From the NCBI GenBank assembly GCA_934661375.1, contig CAKUJH010000011.1:24795-88794 (forward strand): a stretch of DNA of 64,000 nucleotides, read 5' to 3'. Of this stretch, positions 57,783-64,000 are shown in pieces (position 1 is the first letter of the stretch; the number at the start of each line of letters is the position of its first letter). The notes beneath the pieces are model-generated. The model searched no databases and was not told the DNA's origin. It saw only the letters and a list, made by a program, of their open reading frames with translations. Made by a program: the position numbers and the translations under genes. The DNA is from an uncultured Victivallales bacterium. GTDB taxonomy: Bacteria > Verrucomicrobiota > Lentisphaeria > Victivallales > UBA1829.

Positions 57783-58172
57783 ATGCTCCGTCCAGTGAAA
57801 ATATTGATTTATTTTATCATGGGTGTCGTTTTTATTTTTGTGATGATCGAAATGGCATTCTTTTACCATTATCGGAATCTGTCTGAAATCAATATGACAT
57901 ATATTGAGCGGGAGCCTGTCTCCATGAAACTTGCCGTCCGGAAAGCACAAAGAATGGAATATTCCGCAATGAATATTTCTTTTTACGCTAAAGAAGGACC
58001 GTTCTGGTTTTCTGTAAGTAAAGACTTTACGGATCTGCGGATCTGTTCCTGCCGCAACACCAGCGTAATGGTCGTCTATTCCTGCTATGATATTTCCTCT
58101 GGAACTGAAAAAACAAAACTCCTGGATTTACTGAAATTGAAATATCTGCAAAATATGGGAACAGCGGAGTGA
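57783..58172 (+). CDS. Hypothetical small membrane protein in low-GC islet
   Basis: N-terminal TM helix. AT-rich codon usage unlike the surrounding genes. Confidence 0.45.
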   Translation: MLRPVKILIYFIMGVVFIFVMIEMAFFYHYRNLSEINMTYIEREPVSMKLAVRKAQRMEYSAMNISFYAKEGPFWFSVSKDFTDLRICSCRNTSVMVVYSCYDISSGTEKTKLLDLLKLKYLQNMGTAE

Positions 58173-58173
58173 A

Positions 58174-59196
58174 ATGATGAAACCATTTTTATGCAGTATT
58201 GGAAGAATAGCCGGCACGGTCTGTGCAATTCTTCTGATTGCGGTCTTTTCCTATATCATATGGCAGCCGGGCAGGGAGCTGCCCGAAGATATATTGTCCA
58301 ATGATCTGAAAAACGGAATCTGGCTGAGCCACGGATGGTTTGCGGATGATGCGTATTTGCAGAGAAACCGTAAAAATCCGTCTGAATTCCGGGATGCGGA
58401 AAATTTGACAGCTCTTTTCGAAAAATTGAAAACGCACGGGATTCATTATGTTTTTCCGCATCTTTGCCCTGTCCAAGAGGACGGCAATCTGCCCGGACAT
58501 GATGACCGGCAGATCGAAAAATTTCTGGATGCCGCACAGAAATATGATATGGAAGTGATCCTTTGGTCCGGCGGCATACTGGATGAATCGGCTTTGATTC
58601 ACAGTTCCGCCTGGCGGAAAAATTTCACCGGTTCGCTGAATCAGTTTCTGCTGAAACACCCGCGCATAGCCGGAATTCAGCTGAATGTGGAGCCGCTGCC
58701 GGACGGAGATCCGGCGTTTCTGCTGCTCCTGGATGAAATCAGGAACAGGATCGGTTCCGGAAAAATTCTTTCGGTGGCGGCATATCCGCCTCCGACCCGC
58801 TGGCAGCCGAACGCGCATGTTCATTGGAGTTTGCCGTATCTTCGCCAGGTCGCAGCAAGGACGGATCTTTTATGTGTGATGATGTATGATACCGGAATCC
58901 GTTATGAAAAATTTTATACGTCGCTGATGTGTTCCTGGACGGAAGAACTGCTGTCTGTCTGCAATGGTTTATCCTGTAAGTTATTGTGTGGAATTCCAGC
59001 TTATGAAGACGCAGGAGTCTCCTATCATAATCCGCGGGTTGAAAATCTGAGTTCCGCCCTTTCCGGAATCGCAGCGGGTTTGCATCAAGCATCCGACAAA
59101 AGGAGTTTTACGGGTTTTGCCATTTACAGTGATTGGGAAATGACCGCAGAAAAATGGAAAATCTGGGATTCCTTTACAAGAAAAGTTGAAAAATAA
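58174..59196 (+). CDS. Hypothetical membrane-anchored protein, possibly TIM-barrel glycoside-hydrolase-like
   Basis: N-terminal TM anchor. An alternating beta/alpha pattern (GIHYVFPH..., VILWSGG, GIQLNVEP) suggests a GH-like barrel. Family not resolved. Confidence 0.45.
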   Translation: MMKPFLCSIGRIAGTVCAILLIAVFSYIIWQPGRELPEDILSNDLKNGIWLSHGWFADDAYLQRNRKNPSEFRDAENLTALFEKLKTHGIHYVFPHLCPVQEDGNLPGHDDRQIEKFLDAAQKYDMEVILWSGGILDESALIHSSAWRKNFTGSLNQFLLKHPRIAGIQLNVEPLPDGDPAFLLLLDEIRNRIGSGKILSVAAYPPPTRWQPNAHVHWSLPYLRQVAARTDLLCVMMYDTGIRYEKFYTSLMCSWTEELLSVCNGLSCKLLCGIPAYEDAGVSYHNPRVENLSSALSGIAAGLHQASDKRSFTGFAIYSDWEMTAEKWKIWDSFTRKVEK

Positions 59197-59213
59197 TTCT
59201 TCATCACCGCGGG

Positions 59214-60269
59214 TTATGCGGGCGCGGGGGGACGGCGGATTTTGTCCAGGTTGAGAAGACGCGGCTCCACTGCGTGGCGCAACGGTTTCTCCGGAATGCC
59301 GTTCCGGATCATGTTCAATAACTGGTCCGCCGCAATGTAGCCCATTTCCCGGAGGCGGATGTCCACACTCGGCAGATTGAAGCGTTTACAGAGATGCGGC
59401 AGACCACCGAAGCCGGTAACCTGAATGCGCCGCAGCAGTGCCGGGTCAAAAAGCGCAATTTCCTGTATCATGGCAGCGGCATCATTGTCGTTTTCCGTGG
59501 CAATCAGCGTGACGTCCGGATATTTCTGCAGGATGTCCTGCAAAACCTCTTTGGCACTGTCCGGTTCGCCGTTCTTGCCGTAGAAACAGCGCGCGAGAGC
59601 ATCGGAACAGCCGTGCTCACGCATGGCACGGATGAAGCCGCGTTTGGGTGAACTCAAATGCAGCTGGGCAAGATCGGTAAGAAAAAGCGCGATCTTCCGG
59701 TGTCCGGCATCGTAAACGGCATTCATCAGCTGGTAGGCTCCTTCGAACGAGTTGCCGTTGACCGCGTGATGCACGGTGTCCACTGGGGAAAAATCCTGGT
59801 CCACATGAATCAGCGGAATCCCTTTCGGCGCCGTCAGCGCACCGTAGGACATGGTCAATATTCCCTGAAACGGCGTACTGTGAAAATCATCCAGATACTC
59901 CTGCAGATGACAGGGTTCCGGCGTGATCAGGGTCAGCAGATATCTGGAACGCAGCAGCCGTTCCACTGCGCCGCTGACGACTATGGATGTATGATGTGCC
60001 GGCAGAGCCGTGAAGAAGGCGATCTGCCCGGCTGGGAAAATTTCTTCGCGCAGAACCCGTGTGCCGCTGCCGCGGACGCCGCGTTCCAGCAGTCCCAGAT
60101 TCACCAGCTGAGTTACCGCCCGGTTGGCAGTGGTCTTGTTGATGCCGAACCGTTCCGCCAGTTCATATTCCGAAGGAAATTTTGTGCCGCGCGGATATTG
60201 ACCATTGGCGAGTTCCAGCTTCAGAGTCTCAGTCAGCCGCGCAACCGTCATGCGATATTCCGACTCCAT
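59214..60269 (-). CDS. GntR-family HTH regulator with LacI/PBP-type sugar-binding domain
   Basis: GntR wHTH (PSEYELAERFGINKTTANRAVTQLVNLGLLERGVRGSGTRV) plus a periplasmic-binding-protein-like C-terminal domain. Confidence 0.75.
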   Translation of the reverse strand: MESEYRMTVARLTETLKLELANGQYPRGTKFPSEYELAERFGINKTTANRAVTQLVNLGLLERGVRGSGTRVLREEIFPAGQIAFFTALPAHHTSIVVSGAVERLLRSRYLLTLITPEPCHLQEYLDDFHSTPFQGILTMSYGALTAPKGIPLIHVDQDFSPVDTVHHAVNGNSFEGAYQLMNAVYDAGHRKIALFLTDLAQLHLSSPKRGFIRAMREHGCSDALARCFYGKNGEPDSAKEVLQDILQKYPDVTLIATENDNDAAAMIQEIALFDPALLRRIQVTGFGGLPHLCKRFNLPSVDIRLREMGYIAADQLLNMIRNGIPEKPLRHAVEPRLLNLDKIRRPPAPA

Positions 60270-60575
60270 GATTTCCTCCGTTTTTCTGTTTATTTCCGCA
60301 ATATAACCTGTCCTTCCGGAATGTCAACTGCGTTTTGAAGAAAAAAGCACATGATTTACAATAATGGAAAAATATTTCTTCAAACGGGTTGACAAATCCC
60401 ATTTTTTCGTTATAATTTAGTAAAACAGGATTTTATGTATGGAAAAAGCGAATGATTCACACCCGTTGAACATAAGAATCAGGAGAAAAGACAGAATATA
60501 AAAACGAAGACGCATAATTTCATATTACAAAATGATGTCATAGTCAGGAACAAAACCAGAAAGGGGAACCAGATC

Positions 60576-61367
60576 ATGAACCACCGGCAGCCGTTATCAT
60601 CCATTCCGTATTTCATGCATTATATTTCGCATTCGAAGCGTAAGTCGTTGCGGTTTACATTGATAGAACTCCTCGTGGTGATTGCTGTTATTGCAATTCT
60701 GGCGGGAATGCTGCTCCCGGCTCTGAGCGCGGCAAAAAAGAAGGCGCAGGCGATCAGCTGCATCGGTCAGCTCAAACAGCTCGGCACAGCCATGGCGCTG
60801 TACCGCGGCGACAATCAGGAATACTGGACGATCAGCCGTTTGGGTACGGACAGCAGCGGCAGTGTGCTTTACTGGGTGAATTCCTATGCGCCGTACTTCA
60901 ATTACAAAGAAACGATTTACACTTACGGTACGTGGTCTCCGAAATGGCTGCTTTGTCCTTCCATGATCGGCAGAAGCAGCGATACACTGGCGTTCGGGTG
61001 TTCCTATCCTTACAACTCCGGCTGTTTCGGCGAATCGGATTACTCCAAACTGCGGAAATCGCTGAAACAGCCCAGCAAGGTTCTGGTTCACGGCGACGGC
61101 TGGTATCACCCGAAGGTGGCGGAATACCGGAAGCTCGGTCATATTGAATTCCTCGCCGCTGAACCGAAGTATCAGGTGTGTTACCGTCACAGCCGGCGCA
61201 GCAATATTCTCTATGCCGACTCCCATATCAACCCGGAACCCCCGCAGATGCTGAATTTCAATTACTATAATTACGGCTGGTATCCGTGGTTCAACCGGAC
61301 GCAGGAACAGGAATCCGGCAGTCCGCCGATTGCGCCGTATCTGGACGGATACGCCCCTTACAACTGA
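60576..61367 (+). CDS. Prepilin-type N-terminal cleavage/methylation domain protein (DUF1559-like pseudopilin), paralog 3
   Basis: [50 protein letters not shown]. Confidence 0.85.
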   Translation: MNHRQPLSSIPYFMHYISHSKRKSLRFTLIELLVVIAVIAILAGMLLPALSAAKKKAQAISCIGQLKQLGTAMALYRGDNQEYWTISRLGTDSSGSVLYWVNSYAPYFNYKETIYTYGTWSPKWLLCPSMIGRSSDTLAFGCSYPYNSGCFGESDYSKLRKSLKQPSKVLVHGDGWYHPKVAEYRKLGHIEFLAAEPKYQVCYRHSRRSNILYADSHINPEPPQMLNFNYYNYGWYPWFNRTQEQESGSPPIAPYLDGYAPYN

Positions 61368-61414
61368 CCGTGAACTTGTAAAACACAACCATATAAAGAC
61401 AGGAAAGGCATTCA

Positions 61415-63952
61415 ATGAATCCGAAACATCTCATTCTTCTGTTTGCCGGCAGTCTCATGACTGGAGTTCTGGGGGCGTATGACCTCAAAACCCCGGAACT
61501 GACTCCGGTCAAATTCGAAACGGCGGGAAAACATGCCGCATTGCCGCTGGTGTCCGGCGGGAAACTGAACTTTGCCATCGCCGCCGATCTTCAGGCGGAA
61601 AACCGCATGAGCGGAAAAAACCGCACGGAAAAGAGCATAGCCCCGGCAATCCGGATTCTGTCGGAAGCAATTGAAAGATGCACCGGAGTTCAGCCGCGGG
61701 TCATAGACGTCAAGGACGCCGCGAAGGAAAAATACCTGATTGTGGTCGGGGACTGTTCACTGGCACGGGAAAACGGTGTGGATGTTTCCAAACTGCCGCC
61801 GCAGGGTTTCGCCGTGAAAACATTTGACCGCGGCGTCATCATCGCCGGCAGCGATTCATCCCTGATTGCCGGTTACAACATGAAACCGCTGGAAGGCCGC
61901 GGTTCCTCCACCGGAACCAAGTACGGAGCCTATGATTTTGCGGAACGTTTTCTGGGGGTCCGTTATTACTTCCCCGGAGAGTACGGCACGCTGTGGCCGA
62001 AAATTACGGAACTTGCCGTTCAGCCGGCAAGCTATACGGATGCTCCGTATTTCGATACCCGCGGCGGACAGTTTTATCTCGGCAACACGATCCATTCCGC
62101 GGAGTCGAAAAAATTCTGGGAACCGTATCTGGGCAAACTGACCGCGGAAGATGTGCGGTTCTGGGACCGCTGGCGCATGGGCAGCACTCTGCCGTCCGGC
62201 GGTACACATTGTCCGCGTCCCGAATGGATTGCCAAAGCCTATCCGGAGCGTCTGCGCACGATTTTCTACACATCACCTTCCGGCAATTTCTGGTATAATC
62301 CGAAAGCGCACATCGGCAATTATTTTGATGTGGTGAATCTGGAATTTGCCGATCTTCTGTTCGAATCACTCAAAAAATATTACGACAGCAACGGAAAAAT
62401 TGATGAGGGCGGTTACCGAGATCAGGGCTGCAACACCACCTATTTTTCCTTCGGCATGTGCGATACGCTGATGACCGACCCGGAAGTGGTCAACAATCCG
62501 ACAGTCCGCCGGCTGGGGCTGATGACGGAAAAAGACATGGCGCGCGGGACGAATGCCGGCATGGCGAACATCTACGCTCGTTTCCATCAGTATCTGGCGA
62601 ACCGGATTGCCAAAGAGTATCCGGGCATGAAACTGTACATCATGGCGTATTACAATGTTCAGTACGCCGGAACGGATCCGCGGTGGAAACTGCCGCCGAA
62701 CACCGAAGTGAATCTCTGTCTCGGCGGTCTGCCGAACAAGGTGCATAATGCGGCGCAGCGTGCGGACATGCTGAAAATCGCGCGGGAATGGTATGAATCG
62801 CTGGGAAACCGTCCGATTCAGAAACTCTGGCTGTATTCGGGAACCAATCCGTTCGTGCTGGCGGTCAACGGCGAATTTGTCGGCGATATTCCGAAAATGT
62901 TCGGCAAATATCTGGGACGCACCAGCCTGTTCCATGACCACTGTGAAACGGAGCCGGGCGTTACCTGGTTCTTCTATCCTTCGTATTACGCCGCCTACCG
63001 CAGCATGTGGAATCCCGACTGGAATGCCGCCAAAGCCATTGATTCCCATTGGGATGCGTTCTACGGGAAGGAAACGGGCAAATATCTGCGCGAATTTCAT
63101 CAGCTGCTGCGTGAATGCTACCGCAAATATGCGCTTGACAGCGAATCCTCCCAGAACAGTGTTCTGTATCCGGCGGCGGAACTCGCCAAAATGGAAAAAC
63201 TGCTGAAGCAGGCAAAGGCATCTGTCAAACCCGGAACCATTGAGGAAAAACGGCTGAATCTGTTCCTTGCCCCCTGGCCGAAAGCAATTGCGTCGATCCG
63301 CAACCAGCTTTCATATGAACGCCCCGTCCACGGCGTTTACCAGCTGCTCGGCAGCGAGAAAGTTACGCTCGACGGCAAAGGCGATGAAGCGTTCTGGGCA
63401 AAAGTCAAACCCATGCCGCTGATTGACCCGAAGGGATCCGGCGCCAAACCCAAATATCCCGCATCCCTCAAACTGGCATGGGACAAAACCGGTATCTACG
63501 GTCTGTTCCAGACGCCGTACGCTCCTGCTGCGGACAAGAACAAGGATCTGTGGTTCAATGACAGCTACGAGATTCTGTTTTCGCCGGGACTCAAAAAAGA
63601 AGTGGAATACCAGTTTGCCTTCGACCCGCTGAAGAACTGTTTCTTCGGAACTCAGCGGCATCTGCCGATTCCCCAGCCGTTCGACAGCAATTGGAAGGTG
63701 AAGGGTTTCCAGCTGGAATCCCGTTATGATTCCAAAGGCTGGACCGCTGAATTCTACATTCCGTTCAGCGTGTTTGAAGGCGGAGCCCCGCAGGTTTACG
63801 ACAGCTGGTTCTGCAACGTCGTCCGCAATAAAATGGGCGGCGAAAAAGAATACAGCGGAACCTCCATGACGCTTGGCAACAATCATAATATGTCCATGTT
63901 CGGCATCATTAAATTTTCAGGAAAAGGAGATGGTATGATAAAAGAGATGTGA
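61415..63952 (+). CDS. Secreted DUF4838-like (GH67 N-terminal-like) protein, 845 aa
   Basis: Signal peptide. The YGAYDFAERFLGVRYYFPGEYGTLWP segment is characteristic of the DUF4838 family as I recall it. No catalytic assignment. Confidence 0.55.
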   Translation: MNPKHLILLFAGSLMTGVLGAYDLKTPELTPVKFETAGKHAALPLVSGGKLNFAIAADLQAENRMSGKNRTEKSIAPAIRILSEAIERCTGVQPRVIDVKDAAKEKYLIVVGDCSLARENGVDVSKLPPQGFAVKTFDRGVIIAGSDSSLIAGYNMKPLEGRGSSTGTKYGAYDFAERFLGVRYYFPGEYGTLWPKITELAVQPASYTDAPYFDTRGGQFYLGNTIHSAESKKFWEPYLGKLTAEDVRFWDRWRMGSTLPSGGTHCPRPEWIAKAYPERLRTIFYTSPSGNFWYNPKAHIGNYFDVVNLEFADLLFESLKKYYDSNGKIDEGGYRDQGCNTTYFSFGMCDTLMTDPEVVNNPTVRRLGLMTEKDMARGTNAGMANIYARFHQYLANRIAKEYPGMKLYIMAYYNVQYAGTDPRWKLPPNTEVNLCLGGLPNKVHNAAQRADMLKIAREWYESLGNRPIQKLWLYSGTNPFVLAVNGEFVGDIPKMFGKYLGRTSLFHDHCETEPGVTWFFYPSYYAAYRSMWNPDWNAAKAIDSHWDAFYGKETGKYLREFHQLLRECYRKYALDSESSQNSVLYPAAELAKMEKLLKQAKASVKPGTIEEKRLNLFLAPWPKAIASIRNQLSYERPVHGVYQLLGSEKVTLDGKGDEAFWAKVKPMPLIDPKGSGAKPKYPASLKLAWDKTGIYGLFQTPYAPAADKNKDLWFNDSYEILFSPGLKKEVEYQFAFDPLKNCFFGTQRHLPIPQPFDSNWKVKGFQLESRYDSKGWTAEFYIPFSVFEGGAPQVYDSWFCNVVRNKMGGEKEYSGTSMTLGNNHNMSMFGIIKFSGKGDGMIKEM

Positions 63953-64000
63953 GTAGCGACATCTGCGTTGAAGATGTAAATTATGAAATAATGATTTACT

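Noticed and set aside
1-64000. Search for CRISPR arrays, tRNA or rRNA genes
   Set aside because: No short regularly spaced repeats, no tRNA-like GTTCGAATCC T-arm motifs in intergenic regions, and no rRNA-like sequences were seen. The only substantial repeat is the 121-bp direct pair, which is not CRISPR-like: it has two copies and a 1.7-kb coding spacer.

Overview
This is a high-GC (~60%), gene-dense chromosomal segment. Three prepilin-type DUF1559 proteins with the [13 protein letters not shown]-terminus and many secreted glycan-active-like proteins suggest a PVC-superphylum bacterium (Lentisphaerae, Verrucomicrobia or Planctomycetes). I could not verify the taxon.

Gene order, left to right:
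- bioD (3' end) and bioA
- an AraC regulator
- 5-formyl-THF cyclo-ligase, RNase Y, an HD-domain protein and an orphan OppF-like ABC ATPase
- a DUF4091 secreted hydrolase-like gene preceded by a pseudopilin
- a low-GC two-gene cassette (AbiEii-like minimal nucleotidyltransferase plus a 330-aa orphan) bracketed by 121-bp direct repeats, inserted into the 5' end of a second AraC gene
- a ~12-kb Bat/MoxR-type operon: membrane protein, FMN-binding protein, MoxR ATPase, DUF58, BatA_N-like protein, a 2249-aa vWA-TPR megaprotein, and a TPR protein
- LysR and MerR regulators next to a flavodoxin, a CMD-cupin protein and a flavoprotein redox module
- a DXS-like gene and a polyferredoxin
- larB-larC-larE (nickel-pincer cofactor synthesis), tatA-tatC, a Tat-exported Fe-S aldo/keto reductase, and nikMN/cbiM-cbiQ-cbiO (Ni/Co ECF importer)
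- an orphan OmpR-type response regulator
- a LacI regulator with an ADP-ribosylglycohydrolase-family protein, a pseudopilin and two secreted lectin-like proteins (one 1262 aa)
- ftsB-like gene, rho (with a long N/Q-rich N-terminal extension), coaE, a Nudix hydrolase, an MIF-like protein, and flotillin with NfeD
- a low-GC islet carrying two genes
- a GntR-type regulator, a pseudopilin and a DUF4838 secreted protein

No rRNA, tRNA or CRISPR was recognised. The most interesting candidate is the repeat-bracketed NTase-like two-gene cassette at about 10.87-12.81 kb.
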